DNA from: a virus
Lineage: Duplodnaviria > Caudoviricetes
Strand: one strand, 5' to 3'
Virus record (IMG/VR): IMGVR_UViG_3300042891_001512
Coordinates: 1-64,000 of that record
Length of the DNA stretch: 64,000 nucleotides
The notes under the pieces were generated by a model. That model worked only from the letters and a program-made list of their open reading frames with translations. It was not told where the DNA came from and did no database searches. The position numbers and the translations under genes are program-made. This document shows positions 19,378 to 30,390 of the stretch, piece after piece (the first letter of the stretch is position 1; the number at the start of each line of letters is the position of its first letter).

Positions 19378-20091
19378 ATGGGTTTATTAAATGTTGGAGC
19401 AAAAGTTGGAAGTAAGTTTGGCGGAACGACTGGCTTAGCTATGGGCGCAATTGGTTTGGCCGGCGTCGCAAAGGGCATAGGTCCATCAGCTAAAGAAGCA
19501 GTTTTAGATGCAGCCTTCAACGATCCGTATGCAGATGAAACATTCATGGGGAGACCTATGTCTAGTGGATTTTTGGGAGCAGCAGCGACTCACGGTACAG
19601 CTGGTGCTGTTGGCCTTGGCCTTGGAGCTATGGCAATTGGTGGATTAATTGGTGGTGGGGCAGCCGCAAAATTAATACCTAAAAATTCATTTAGAGGAAC
19701 TATGATCGCTGGAGCAGGAGCAATAGGAGCAGCGGTTGGAGCTTCAGGCGGTGGCATGAGTGAGACTTTAAGTGTTTATGGTCCAGATCCTACCGTTGGT
19801 GCAAATCTTGCTACAGCAGGCATCGGGACAGCTTTAGGCGGGGCGATAGGTGGTTTGGGTTATGGTTATGGAAAAAGTTTTAAAAAAGCAGCCATAGGAA
19901 CTGCAATCGGGGCAACAATAGGCGGCCTCGGGGGCGCTGCTGTAGTGCCTGGCATGGCAATGTCAAGAGTAAGAGATAATAGACAACTACTATCAAGTAG
20001 CCCATACAGCACCTCACTTGCAACAGCTCAAGCATTAAACGCTTCAGGAGATATAGTTCTCGGAATGCATAATTCAAGGAAGAGTTACTAA
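19378..20091 (+). CDS. Gly/Ala-rich hydrophobic virion protein (possible ejection/DNA-entry protein)
   Basis: Multiple GxxxG hydrophobic segments. Confidence 0.65.
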   Translation: MGLLNVGAKVGSKFGGTTGLAMGAIGLAGVAKGIGPSAKEAVLDAAFNDPYADETFMGRPMSSGFLGAAATHGTAGAVGLGLGAMAIGGLIGGGAAAKLIPKNSFRGTMIAGAGAIGAAVGASGGGMSETLSVYGPDPTVGANLATAGIGTALGGAIGGLGYGYGKSFKKAAIGTAIGATIGGLGGAAVVPGMAMSRVRDNRQLLSSSPYSTSLATAQALNASGDIVLGMHNSRKSY

Positions 20092-21497
20092 TGCCAATTG
20101 ATCCAATGACAGGAATGCCAAAGCCTTATACTCAAGACGAGATGCTTGAAACTCCTCTGTATGCAAGAACGTTAGAAAATCTTCCTGGGATAACTGCGGG
20201 TATTGGGTTCCAGGCTGGCCGTGGTGCTAGAACAATTATGGCTGGCGGCGGATTCATGGACGACGCCTCGAGGTTTGGGGTAGACAAAAAGGCTCAAAGG
20301 TATGGAGCTTTTAGAAGTGGGGCAATGAGTCTTGACCCAAATGATTTGAGTTCTGGACAACAATTTCTTTCTTTTGGCAGGAGAAGTGGAAGAGGAGCTA
20401 GACTCGCAGGGGAAGCAGGAAGACAACCAATTTATTATGGTGCAAGAGTTAACACTGTAACAGCTAGACCTAGAGCACTAAGAAGGATGTCAAGCTTAAG
20501 TGCATTTGCTGAAGACCAAAGAACGTACACTTATGCACAAGGTATAAGGGGACCTCTTTCTAAGGCAAGATTCGGTCCTTTGGGAAAATTAGCAGAAGCA
20601 AGTGGAACGGCAAGAGATGAAGCTCTTCTTGGCCCTGGTTTGTTTTCTGGAATAACCGCTGGAAGAAAAATGGATTTATTAGAACGTAAAGCGCTAAGCG
20701 GAAATGCAAGAGCCATGTCAAGATTGAGTCAATCAGATATCGGTATACAAAGAATGGCTGGAATGAATAATGCACGAATGACGACAATGACAATGGGGTC
20801 TCCAGCTGGAATACCGATGCTTGAAAGAATGACAAGTTCTGGAACAGCATTATCAGAAGGAATGGTGGCTGCAAGAAGTGGTGAGATTGGAGCTAGGGGA
20901 AACCTATTGGCATCTTCTATGGCAGGTAAAGGTACCCGCTATATGTCTGGGTACTTTAGAGGAGCACAAGGATTTGCTGGTGTAGCTGGGCTTGAAGGCG
21001 AAGCTTTCGCTGGTGCTCAAAAGGCGATAGCCAACATGACTAGTGCTTTAGGCACAGAGGGAATTGCTGGTAAAGCTGGAGAAAAACTTGCAGGAGAAAC
21101 TGCTGCAAAACAAATTCTTAAAGAAGGTGCATTCAAAACTCTTGGAGCAAAAGGTACGATGGAAGCCTTTAGTACTAAAGCCGGCATGAAGGTGCTTGGG
21201 GCAAGAGGTGCAGCAATGGCTATCCCTGGGCTTAATTTATTAGCTACAGCATCTTTAGTTTATGATATTGGCAAAATGGGTGGCGAAGTAATCAAAAGTG
21301 GTATAAACTTAGCTAGAGACGCAGAAAAATCCTTACAAGGATCATTTAGTAAACCTATGTTTGGGATGGGATATAGAGACACTGAAGCAGCTGCTACATC
21401 GAGGTCAAGAGGCGTTATGGCTATACAAAATTCTAGGTTAAATGCAAGAAGCGCATTGGGTTCGGAAGCGTCTATGATGGCAGCTCATTTTGGGTAA
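20091..21497 (+). CDS. Gly/Ala/Arg-rich virion protein (tape-measure or ejection-like)
   Basis: Low-complexity composition, AIPGLNLLA motif, next to terminase. Confidence 0.6.
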   Translation: MPIDPMTGMPKPYTQDEMLETPLYARTLENLPGITAGIGFQAGRGARTIMAGGGFMDDASRFGVDKKAQRYGAFRSGAMSLDPNDLSSGQQFLSFGRRSGRGARLAGEAGRQPIYYGARVNTVTARPRALRRMSSLSAFAEDQRTYTYAQGIRGPLSKARFGPLGKLAEASGTARDEALLGPGLFSGITAGRKMDLLERKALSGNARAMSRLSQSDIGIQRMAGMNNARMTTMTMGSPAGIPMLERMTSSGTALSEGMVAARSGEIGARGNLLASSMAGKGTRYMSGYFRGAQGFAGVAGLEGEAFAGAQKAIANMTSALGTEGIAGKAGEKLAGETAAKQILKEGAFKTLGAKGTMEAFSTKAGMKVLGARGAAMAIPGLNLLATASLVYDIGKMGGEVIKSGINLARDAEKSLQGSFSKPMFGMGYRDTEAAATSRSRGVMAIQNSRLNARSALGSEASMMAAHFG

Positions 21498-21499
21498 TT

Positions 21500-23350
21500 A
21501 TGGATCATAAAACTAAAGAATTTAGAAGAAGACTAGAAAAACTTTCTAGAGAAGATCTTTTAGAATTAATTAAAGATCAAGATATAGAATTGTTTAAACA
21601 GGTTAATAGAATTGAATGGGTTTTTGAAAATAAACTACAACACATTAACTGGGCTGATGGGACACCCATAACTGGAAGACCTCTAACTAATAGAGAATTA
21701 TCTTTCTTAATTGATGAACCATTTGAGATAGATAGAGAACTTTTAGATGTTGGAATATCTGGCGAACAACAAAGGCAAATGCATTTAGCTAAAGATCCTG
21801 TTGTTTGGGCAAAAAACTTTTTACAGGTTCAACCTAGAGTTTATCAAATATTAATACTAAGAGATCCATCATTAAGAAAAGTATTAAGAGCTGGTCGTCG
21901 TTTAGGAAAAACCTTCACACTTGCTATCACACTTTTGCATTATAGCTATACACATAAAGATGGAAGATGTCTTGTTATTGCTCCAATGAAAACACAGGTA
22001 GAACTTATTTACCAGGAAATCGGAAGAATAGCTGGAAAAAATGAAGTTGTTATGAATTCAATAACAAGAAAAGTTAGCAGTCCTCAATTTATGATGGAAT
22101 TCTCCAACGGGTCAACTATTAGATTCTTTACATCTGGCATGCGTTCCGGCGGTAAGTCAGACGTAGCTCGTGGTCAAGAAGCACACGTGATTGTGTTAGA
22201 CGAAATGGACTACATGCATACAGATGACCTAGACGCATTGTATGCCATGTTGCAGAAAACTGCGGAAGATCAACCAGATAAAATGATGATTGGCGCTTCT
22301 ACTCCAACTGGTAGAAGAGAAAAATTTTGGGAATGGTGTAGGTCTGAAAGATTCCAAGAATTTTGGTTTCCATCATATTGCAACCCTTATTTTTCTAAAG
22401 ATCAAGAAGATGAATTTAGAGAACAATACACCGAAATGGGTTATCGCCATGAAATAGAAGCAGACTGGGGCGAAGACTCAGAAGGCGTATACCCAAGAAA
22501 ATTTGTGGACAAAGCATTCCTTAGTCCTTCGTGGACTTATGAGCCAGAGATAACTTCGGCAAGATCTTTTCATGTTATAGGCGTTGACTGGGACAAGTAC
22601 GGAGCTGGAACCAACATAGTCGTTGTTGAAGCATGCTCTGATAACCATGAGGATCCAAGGTTTAGAGGAAGATCTAGAGTGGCATATAGAGAAGAAATAG
22701 ATAGGTCTGAATATACTTTAACTAAAGCTGTAGATAGAATATTTGAACTTAACGAAATATTCAAACCAAAACATATTTATGTTGACAGAGGATTCGGAGA
22801 AGTACAGGTCGAACTACTGCACAAATATGGTGTTGAGAATCCTAGATCTGGCCTTAAAGAAAAGGTTAAAGGCGTATCTTTTGCTGAAGCGATAGAGGTA
22901 AGAGACCCATATACTAAAATGTTGGTTAAGAAAGAAATAAAACCATACATGGTGGATAATCTTCGTCAGTTCTTAGAAAAAGAAAAAATAGTTTTTCCAG
23001 AATCGGACGAAGAACTTTATCTCCAATTAATTTCATATGTTGTGATAAGAACAACTCAAATTGGAAGACCAATATTTGAAGCAAGCGGAACCGCAATGGA
23101 CCACGCGCACGACGCTTTAATGTTGGCACTTTTAGCCATAACCCAAAACTATGGAGAATTTTCAAAAGGTAACTATGCTATGAATACCGAAACTTTCTCT
23201 AACGACTTTTACATGCCAAAGGTTAATACGGTCCAAGATGAAGAAGAAAAACCAAAGTATGCAATAGTTGGCAGAAATGATGGTTTGGCTGCAACTAAGT
23301 TTAGAAAAAAAAGTTCTGTTATATCTAACGGTAAAAGAAAGATGTTTTAA
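21500..23350 (+). CDS. terL: terminase large subunit
   Basis: RAGRRLGKT Walker A, IVLDEMD Walker B, ASTP coupling motif, nuclease IGVDWD...YVDRG...DHAHDAL. Confidence 0.95.
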   Translation: MDHKTKEFRRRLEKLSREDLLELIKDQDIELFKQVNRIEWVFENKLQHINWADGTPITGRPLTNRELSFLIDEPFEIDRELLDVGISGEQQRQMHLAKDPVVWAKNFLQVQPRVYQILILRDPSLRKVLRAGRRLGKTFTLAITLLHYSYTHKDGRCLVIAPMKTQVELIYQEIGRIAGKNEVVMNSITRKVSSPQFMMEFSNGSTIRFFTSGMRSGGKSDVARGQEAHVIVLDEMDYMHTDDLDALYAMLQKTAEDQPDKMMIGASTPTGRREKFWEWCRSERFQEFWFPSYCNPYFSKDQEDEFREQYTEMGYRHEIEADWGEDSEGVYPRKFVDKAFLSPSWTYEPEITSARSFHVIGVDWDKYGAGTNIVVVEACSDNHEDPRFRGRSRVAYREEIDRSEYTLTKAVDRIFELNEIFKPKHIYVDRGFGEVQVELLHKYGVENPRSGLKEKVKGVSFAEAIEVRDPYTKMLVKKEIKPYMVDNLRQFLEKEKIVFPESDEELYLQLISYVVIRTTQIGRPIFEASGTAMDHAHDALMLALLAITQNYGEFSKGNYAMNTETFSNDFYMPKVNTVQDEEEKPKYAIVGRNDGLAATKFRKKSSVISNGKRKMF

Positions 23351-23352
23351 TT

Positions 23353-24918
23353 ATGTCTATTAACAACATCGAAAATAATTTTGGTCCAACCAGTGACATA
23401 TTTGGTGGCTATAAAACGGACGTATCTTTTTTTGAAGAAGAAACAAGAGACGACATTACTGTAAATAAATACGCCAATAGTATCCCAACAAATCTTGATT
23501 ACAGCTTAATACCAAGTATGACAGTTGATTTAAACTTTTTAAAAAATCAATCTTTTCAAACATATAATTACATTCAAGAAACGATTAAGTCCATAGATAA
23601 TATATTATATAAAGTTTATCTAGATCAAAAATTAACTCCAAATATGGAAGAATGTCACACAAAACTTTGGGAGGAATTATGCAAATATAACGACGTCAAA
23701 CTGCCGGAACCAGACTTTGTTTCCTTTGAAGAATATAAATACGCCGAAAGATCTATGTCTACGGTTGCCAGAAGATTTATAGCCGAGTTTAACCAAATTT
23801 GTTCACAAAGCGTTTTTTCTTATTTGTTAAATTATAGGAATTTATTAAACGCAATGTTAAATGAAGCTTTTTATATTAAAAATTTTATATTAATAAATTT
23901 CCAGGAGCAGTATGAAGATGACTCACAAAAAGAAGTTGCAGTACAATTTGACGCATGGGCAAAGGTCGCAGCACAATGCACGAAACGCATTGTCCAATCG
24001 ATCTCATCATCACCAGGAGAAATCACAGCTTCCGAGTTGGATCAAATCACAGAAAAACAAGCCGTTGAATTCCAAGCATTTTTTTCGATTAGACTAGAAG
24101 CTTTAAATGAAGAAATCGCAAGTTTATTAAACAACCTAAAAAGAGATTATGTAGACAACTGCAGTATTTTTTATGACAGATATTTATCGCAAACATTAAA
24201 TTTTAAAACAAAGATAGTTTCCCCCATGGAGGCAAACTTCTATACAACAACATTTGCGTCTAGATTTCCGACTTTAACAGAAGAGTTAGTTATAGCCACA
24301 AATGTGATAAACGCAAACTTTGGGATGATACTTAGTGACTTGATACAAAGAAATCAAATTATAAGATCTAGAGTAGAAAAATTATTAGATTTAATTCAAC
24401 AAAAAAGAAGATATTCTAATTATATATTTCAACTTTCATTTAAGGGACAAAATAAAAAAGTTATTCGCAAAACAATAACAGAAGATAATTATTCTGAAAT
24501 ATATAAGAATTCTCATATAACTTATAAAGATCAAAGTGATTTAATTTCTGATCATGCAAGCTTACATAACCTAACTGAAAATCATCACCCACAATATTTA
24601 CTAAAAGATGGCGGAACAATAACTGGGAATATTTCCGTTGATCCTGGCATGAGGATAGACGGAGTTTCACTATCTGGTCACGCGCATACGGGTAATGACG
24701 GTAGCCAAAAAATTAAATCAACAGACATTGATTACGATATTGTAAGAACAGATACTACTGTGGTCATACCTAAGGCTAAGTCTATACAGATTACGAACAT
24801 ACAACAGGATATAATAGATGGTGGAGTACCAGTCGTCGATGCTGTAATAACGATAGAGATAGAAGATGGCGATGTTGCTGCCAATCACGAATACGAAGTT
24901 TTTGTTTATGAGGTTTAA
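23353..24918 (+). CDS. putative virion structural protein
   Basis: 521 aa; C-terminal HPQYL..GGTITG...DGVSLSGHAHTG typical of tail/spike proteins. Confidence 0.6.
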   Translation: MSINNIENNFGPTSDIFGGYKTDVSFFEEETRDDITVNKYANSIPTNLDYSLIPSMTVDLNFLKNQSFQTYNYIQETIKSIDNILYKVYLDQKLTPNMEECHTKLWEELCKYNDVKLPEPDFVSFEEYKYAERSMSTVARRFIAEFNQICSQSVFSYLLNYRNLLNAMLNEAFYIKNFILINFQEQYEDDSQKEVAVQFDAWAKVAAQCTKRIVQSISSSPGEITASELDQITEKQAVEFQAFFSIRLEALNEEIASLLNNLKRDYVDNCSIFYDRYLSQTLNFKTKIVSPMEANFYTTTFASRFPTLTEELVIATNVINANFGMILSDLIQRNQIIRSRVEKLLDLIQQKRRYSNYIFQLSFKGQNKKVIRKTITEDNYSEIYKNSHITYKDQSDLISDHASLHNLTENHHPQYLLKDGGTITGNISVDPGMRIDGVSLSGHAHTGNDGSQKIKSTDIDYDIVRTDTTVVIPKAKSIQITNIQQDIIDGGVPVVDAVITIEIEDGDVAANHEYEVFVYEV

Positions 24919-24920
24919 TT

Positions 24921-25865
24921 ATGGCTTGGTTTAGATATTATGATTTAGATGGAAATTATGTTTATCCTAATTTAAGGAAAAAAATAACTTTTCCAATAGC
25001 TAAAGAAAACATTGTTAAAGACTCTTGGCTTTTTATTGATGTAGAAAATTTAGATGTTGACATTTACTATGCTTTAAATAAACAAGGATCAATTTTTACC
25101 AAAACAGCTTCCGTTGATCCAGATTCTTATTTAGTTGTTTATGAAGATAAGTCTTCTGAAAATTATGATTCAACTCCGGTAATAACTCAAATTGTTGATA
25201 ATCTTTTATATTTTAAAGCAGCGGAAAATCACTCAAAGGATATTGATATTAATAAACAATATAGTTTATATTATAAAACTCCAAATTTAAAATTAATTAA
25301 AAAGAGAACCCAAGATAATCAGTATCAAGCTTGCGAAGAGTCAGAATCACAATTTGTTTCTTCTGAAGAAGATGTAAATGTTTCTTCATATATAAGGGAT
25401 TTAAATTCAAATAATTACTATAATTTATCATTTGTCAACAGTGAGTCTAATTGGGATTCTGGTGTTTCTAAAAATCCAGGGGCTTCTTTAATAGGAACTT
25501 TTACTGGACCAAACATAAAGATATACTCTGACAAAGGTCCTGACTACGGTAAGTTCAGAATAAGAATTATGCCGTATGGATCTGATCAAAATGCAGATAA
25601 TGAGATTGTTTTAGATTATTGGGAAGAAATTGATCTGTACAATCAAAACAAAAGCACAGATGCGCTAGTCTTTTCTAAGACAGATTTATCGTATAAAAAC
25701 TATGTATTTGAAATAGTTTCTAACTATGAAAAAAATATACTATCTTCAGATGGAAAAATAAATATAAAAAAATATAGTTTTTCTTTAAATAATTATTTAA
25801 CTTTAAATAAAGAGGAAGTAAGTTCTTCATTATTAGGAAGAATCGTCACAGGAGCAACTTTGTAA
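24921..25865 (+). CDS. putative virion protein with beta-sandwich domain
   Basis: FTGPNIKIYSDKGPDYGKFRI...IDLY motif of jelly-roll domains in tail proteins. Confidence 0.55.
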   Translation: MAWFRYYDLDGNYVYPNLRKKITFPIAKENIVKDSWLFIDVENLDVDIYYALNKQGSIFTKTASVDPDSYLVVYEDKSSENYDSTPVITQIVDNLLYFKAAENHSKDIDINKQYSLYYKTPNLKLIKKRTQDNQYQACEESESQFVSSEEDVNVSSYIRDLNSNNYYNLSFVNSESNWDSGVSKNPGASLIGTFTGPNIKIYSDKGPDYGKFRIRIMPYGSDQNADNEIVLDYWEEIDLYNQNKSTDALVFSKTDLSYKNYVFEIVSNYEKNILSSDGKINIKKYSFSLNNYLTLNKEEVSSSLLGRIVTGATL

Positions 25866-27964
25866 TGGCTGAGATTATAAAAAAAATTGAAAACTTAAAA
25901 CCAGGCAAGAATTATATATTTAGTGTCAGAACCAAAAATACCGACATTAACGCTTATTCAGAAAGCGTAGATTCTATATTAGTTTCAATTCCTAAAGATA
26001 CCACGATACCAGACGCCATATCTAATTTAGCTCTATATGCATCATTTGAAAATGTCATGTTTGTTTTTGACTTTAGTAATGATTTAGATATAGACAAATA
26101 TGAATATGAATTATACGACAATGGTGCCGGCACGGGGACAGCTACTTCAACAGGTTTTAGTTCCGCAAACGTTTTTACGGTAGCGGTACCAAACAGTACA
26201 GACACGGTCGCTAAAACTTATTGGGGCAGAGTTAGATCAGTAGACACGACTGGCAATCTTGGTCCATGGACAGCTTTAACTCAAACTGATCAATCAACAC
26301 CGCTAATTGATAGCCAATATATCAGCAGCTTAACTGCATCAAAAATAACAGCTGGAACAATAGGCGCACAAACAATAACCTTGTCTGGGGCTAACTCCAT
26401 TCTAAAATCTAACAACTATGCCGCAGCGAATACTACATTTGGTGGAACCGGTTGGAAGATAAGTGGAGATGGAAAAGCTGTATTTAATGACGCTAGCATT
26501 AGATCTAGTTTAGACATTGGTGAAGATCAAGGAACATCAGACGCCACGTCATTCCATGTTGATTCGAATGGAAACATGTGGAGCGGTTCAAATAGCACTA
26601 GCTTTTCTATAGCTCCATTTAGAGTCACTAACACTGGTGATGTTACAGCCAATAGTCTCACTTTAACAGGTAGGACATCTTTAAACAATAGTGGAAACGC
26701 TTCTATATTTTTGACCAATAATGTTGATGGCATAGGTCTTTATAGTGATGCGAATACAGCATTCTATGTTGATGCTACTGACAAGTTTTCTTTGGGCAAT
26801 AAGCTAACATGGGCAAATAGCATATTAACAGTACAAGGTGTATTGAAGCTTAGCGATGGCTCAGATGTAGTCGACGCAGAAGAAGTTGGCAATATAGCTC
26901 AAGATCTTGTTGATGAATTTGGTAACTCCATATATGATGATGGTTTTATAGGTGGCTTAACAATATCTGCTAGTAAAATGTATTATGGTGCTGGGGCTTT
27001 TGCTAGCAGCAATACAGCCTTTTATGTTGCAAAAAATTTAAGTACTGGTCAAGCTGATTTTTCTCTAGGCAATAAACTAACATGGGATGGAACAACTTTA
27101 AGCATAACTGGTAACGTTGCCATTACCGGCGGGACAACCTATACCACAATTCAAAATGCATATGATGAAGCAAACAGCGCATCCGATTCAGCAGGGCTAG
27201 CTTACTCAACTGCTATAGATGCCTATGGAATAGCAATCAGTGCCCAAGGCACTGCAGACGACGCCTATTCGGAAGCCATAACAAAAATAGGGCCAGGAAC
27301 ACTGATTGCAGAGATTAATGGAGCAGCTACAAAAATTACTGGAGATCAAATTGAATCAGGCACGATAAGAGCTAGTACATCTTTTATAGCAGAAGGATCT
27401 GGAATTTTTAGAAATTCAGATTCATCATTTTATGTTGACGCTGGTGGCGGTGTTTCAACTGATAACATACTATCATCTAGAGGTAATTTAGCTATAGACA
27501 TAGCTTTAAACGATGAATGCAATATGGTAAGATTGGGTAATCCAGTTACGACCGGGACTTTTACTGTTTTTGGAAACTTAAGATATAAAACAGCTTCTAC
27601 ATATTCCGATAAAAGAATAAAGAATACAATAACACCTATTGAATCTTCAATTAATTTTATAAATAAATTAGAACCAGTTAGTTATTATTTAAATCATTTT
27701 AGCCATGAAGATACTTTAAATAGCATTACCACAGATAACACTGGAAAAAGAAAACATTTTGGCCTAGTAGCTCAAGACGTAAAAGCAGCATTGGATAATT
27801 CAGGTTATCCATCTTCAGAGTATTCACTTTGGAAAGGTAGCGAGCCAGGAGAAGAAGACCGTCTTCAGTCAGTTTCCTATGATGAAATGGTACCCCATTT
27901 AGTTAAAGCGGTTCAAGAATTGTCAGCTAAGATAGAAGAACTTGAGTCTAGACTAAACTCGTGA
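25865..27964 (+). CDS. tail fibre/spike with FN3-like domains and C-terminal intramolecular chaperone (peptidase S74)
   Basis: LKPGKNYIFSVR, RVRSVDTTGNLG; YSDKRIKNTI...LEPVSY...GLVAQDV...LVKAVQELS. Confidence 0.85.
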   Translation: MAEIIKKIENLKPGKNYIFSVRTKNTDINAYSESVDSILVSIPKDTTIPDAISNLALYASFENVMFVFDFSNDLDIDKYEYELYDNGAGTGTATSTGFSSANVFTVAVPNSTDTVAKTYWGRVRSVDTTGNLGPWTALTQTDQSTPLIDSQYISSLTASKITAGTIGAQTITLSGANSILKSNNYAAANTTFGGTGWKISGDGKAVFNDASIRSSLDIGEDQGTSDATSFHVDSNGNMWSGSNSTSFSIAPFRVTNTGDVTANSLTLTGRTSLNNSGNASIFLTNNVDGIGLYSDANTAFYVDATDKFSLGNKLTWANSILTVQGVLKLSDGSDVVDAEEVGNIAQDLVDEFGNSIYDDGFIGGLTISASKMYYGAGAFASSNTAFYVAKNLSTGQADFSLGNKLTWDGTTLSITGNVAITGGTTYTTIQNAYDEANSASDSAGLAYSTAIDAYGIAISAQGTADDAYSEAITKIGPGTLIAEINGAATKITGDQIESGTIRASTSFIAEGSGIFRNSDSSFYVDAGGGVSTDNILSSRGNLAIDIALNDECNMVRLGNPVTTGTFTVFGNLRYKTASTYSDKRIKNTITPIESSINFINKLEPVSYYLNHFSHEDTLNSITTDNTGKRKHFGLVAQDVKAALDNSGYPSSEYSLWKGSEPGEEDRLQSVSYDEMVPHLVKAVQELSAKIEELESRLNS

Positions 27965-27976
27965 TATACTAATAGA

Positions 27977-28183
27977 ATGTCTAGAATAAGAGCAGGTGAA
28001 AATTTGACGCCTTCAAGCATTCAAAATATTAATGATGAAGATTCAAACTTAGATGTTAATATTATAATAGCAACTTTTCAAGAAAAACTTAGCAGCTTAA
28101 TGACCGAATTGGTTATTAAGGAAGCTACAATTAAACAGCAATCAAACATTATAAGAAAACTAAAAGGACAAAATTATGAGTGA
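27977..28183 (+). CDS. small coiled-coil protein (leaderless)
   Basis: TGATATACT promoter-like element 6 nt upstream of ATG. Confidence 0.6.
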   Translation: MSRIRAGENLTPSSIQNINDEDSNLDVNIIIATFQEKLSSLMTELVIKEATIKQQSNIIRKLKGQNYE

Positions 28184-28361
28184 TGTAGTAGAAACAACTG
28201 AAGAAAAGAAAGATTTTTCTGTAGAGATTAAGATCAGTGAACAGAACCTTTCTTATAGAAGCGATTTCGCTGAAGCCGAAACCGTTTTTTGGCTTGAAGC
28301 AGTAAAAGATCTTATTATTAAGAATGCCTTTAATAAAGCTGGCCTTGAGCAGGGTAACTAA
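28176..28361 (+). CDS. small hypothetical protein
   Basis: AAGGA RBS, coupled. Confidence 0.6.
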   Translation: MSDVVETTEEKKDFSVEIKISEQNLSYRSDFAEAETVFWLEAVKDLIIKNAFNKAGLEQGN

Positions 28362-28418
28362 CTTATAAAAATATAATCTAATAAGTACTATTCTATTAGA
28401 TTTATACGGGAGCCCCAA

Positions 28419-30113
28419 ATGCCATTATTAGACTATTTACCATTTCGTCAGATAGACGATTTTAACAGTGGTAACTTTGTAGCAAAAACTATAGAGCCTG
28501 AAGACGTAGGCACTTTGGGTAAGGTTATGAGAGTGGCATCGCTCGCTCTTGGCTATCATGGTTCAGTTTACTGGTATAACACTAGAGCAACATTTGAGCC
28601 ATCTCCATATGACTTTGACAGAATTATGCAAGCGGTAGATACCGATTCATATATCCGTCAAGCGATGAATAAATATAAAGATTTATTCTGGAAAGAAAAT
28701 TGGAAGATAGTTGGGGAAAACCCTGAAGCAGTAGCTTATCTGTATCAAAGAATAGACTTCTTGGAAATGACCATGAAGAGACCATTTTTGGACTTCTTAA
28801 TAGAAGTTTCCGATCAACTCTTTAAGTACGCTAACTGTTTTGTAGTTAAAGCTAGAGGAGATATTTCTGAATATTTTCCAGATAAGTTAAATCCAGTTTC
28901 AGCTGAACAAACAGTAATAGGATACTATTTAATCCCGACAGAACAAGTAAGAATTCTTAGAGATAGATACAATAGGCCTAAGTCATATGAGCAAAGAACT
29001 GACCCTTTAACTTATTCTCCTTCTGTTAAAACTCCAGTTTGGTCAGCAGATAGAGTTATCCATCTTCATTTTGACAAAAAAGCCGGCAGAGCTTTTGGTA
29101 CGCCGTTTTTAACAAACGTCTTGGATGACGTAATCGCCCTAAGACAATTAGAAGAAGATATTCAAAATCTTGTTCACAGAGAATTATTCCCTCTTTATAA
29201 ATACAAAATTGGAACAGCTGAGCAACCAGCAGAGCCAGAAGAAATATCACGCGCTGCAGCAGAAATTGAAAACCTCAGAACAGAAGGTGGTCTAATACTT
29301 CCGTTTAGACATGATATTGAAGTTGTTGCATCAGGCAATCAATTACTTGACGCTTCAAATTATCTTGAACACTTTAAGGAAAGAGTTGCTGTTGGTTTAG
29401 GTTTAGCTCCGCATCACCTTGGTATGATGATGAATGGTGGCAATAGATCTGTAACAGATAGATTAGATATAGCTCTTTATGACAAGATCAAACAGTACCA
29501 AAAACAATTCGCTGAAATTGTTAGAGTTAACATTTTTAACGAACTATTGTTTGAAGGTGGTTTTGACCCGATTAAGAACCCAATTGATGATGGGGTGTCA
29601 GACCGTTGTTACTTTAAGTTTAATGAGATTGACGTAGACACTCAAGTTAAAAAAGAAACGCATGTAATACAGAAATATACTAACTCTATTATTTCTTTGT
29701 CTGAAACTAGAAAAGAATTAGGCCTTGATCCAGAAATTGATGAGTCAGAACTGTTTGGCGCTATACAAGCTAGAATCCAAATGGATATAGCAACTCACCA
29801 AGCAGACGTTCAAGCCGCTGTAGCCCCTCAGCAGAGTGCAGTGACTAAAACTTCAGCAAGTGGTGGAACCACGCAGACTGCACCACCAAAGCAACCTAAG
29901 TCTACAAACCTGCCAAATAATACAAAAGGACCAGGTAACATTATTAGACCAACAAATCAACAAGGTACAAGAACATCTCCAAATATTAGAAGAGCAGATG
30001 ATTTAAGTTGGTTGTCAGTAGTTGAAAATCTTTTGGAAAAAGAGTATACTGTCATAGAGACAGATGACTTAATGTCAGATATTCCAAAGGATGATGATGG
30101 GCTTAATAATTAA
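28419..30113 (+). CDS. portal protein
   Basis: 564 aa; VIHLHFDK..G..FGTP, YKYKIG, EGGLILP..HDIE, ISLSETRKELGL; sits between terminase and protease/MCP. Confidence 0.85.
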   Translation: MPLLDYLPFRQIDDFNSGNFVAKTIEPEDVGTLGKVMRVASLALGYHGSVYWYNTRATFEPSPYDFDRIMQAVDTDSYIRQAMNKYKDLFWKENWKIVGENPEAVAYLYQRIDFLEMTMKRPFLDFLIEVSDQLFKYANCFVVKARGDISEYFPDKLNPVSAEQTVIGYYLIPTEQVRILRDRYNRPKSYEQRTDPLTYSPSVKTPVWSADRVIHLHFDKKAGRAFGTPFLTNVLDDVIALRQLEEDIQNLVHRELFPLYKYKIGTAEQPAEPEEISRAAAEIENLRTEGGLILPFRHDIEVVASGNQLLDASNYLEHFKERVAVGLGLAPHHLGMMMNGGNRSVTDRLDIALYDKIKQYQKQFAEIVRVNIFNELLFEGGFDPIKNPIDDGVSDRCYFKFNEIDVDTQVKKETHVIQKYTNSIISLSETRKELGLDPEIDESELFGAIQARIQMDIATHQADVQAAVAPQQSAVTKTSASGGTTQTAPPKQPKSTNLPNNTKGPGNIIRPTNQQGTRTSPNIRRADDLSWLSVVENLLEKEYTVIETDDLMSDIPKDDDGLNN

Positions 30114-30390
30114 TTCAGAGATTAGCAAGCAGTTCTTGCTAGAAGAAGACGCTGTTCAAGGATTCAAGAAGGCAGTTGCCAATAATCAACAACAACTTGC
30201 TTTGAAGGTTCTAACAGAAATAATCGATACTTTCATGGAAGCATTTGATCTTCTAATTGAAACAGAAGACGACTCGGCAACAGAAGAAGAAGCTGTTGAA
30301 CCTAAAGCTGAAGAAGTAAAAGAAGAAAAAAAGCCAGCAGCAAAAAAGGCTGATGTAAAAGAAGAAAAAGTACAAACTGAAGAAAAATGA
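30097..30390 (+). CDS. hypothetical acidic/Lys-rich protein
   Basis: ~97 aa; charged low-complexity tail. Confidence 0.6.
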   Translation: MGLIINSEISKQFLLEEDAVQGFKKAVANNQQQLALKVLTEIIDTFMEAFDLLIETEDDSATEEEAVEPKAEEVKEEKKPAAKKADVKEEKVQTEEK

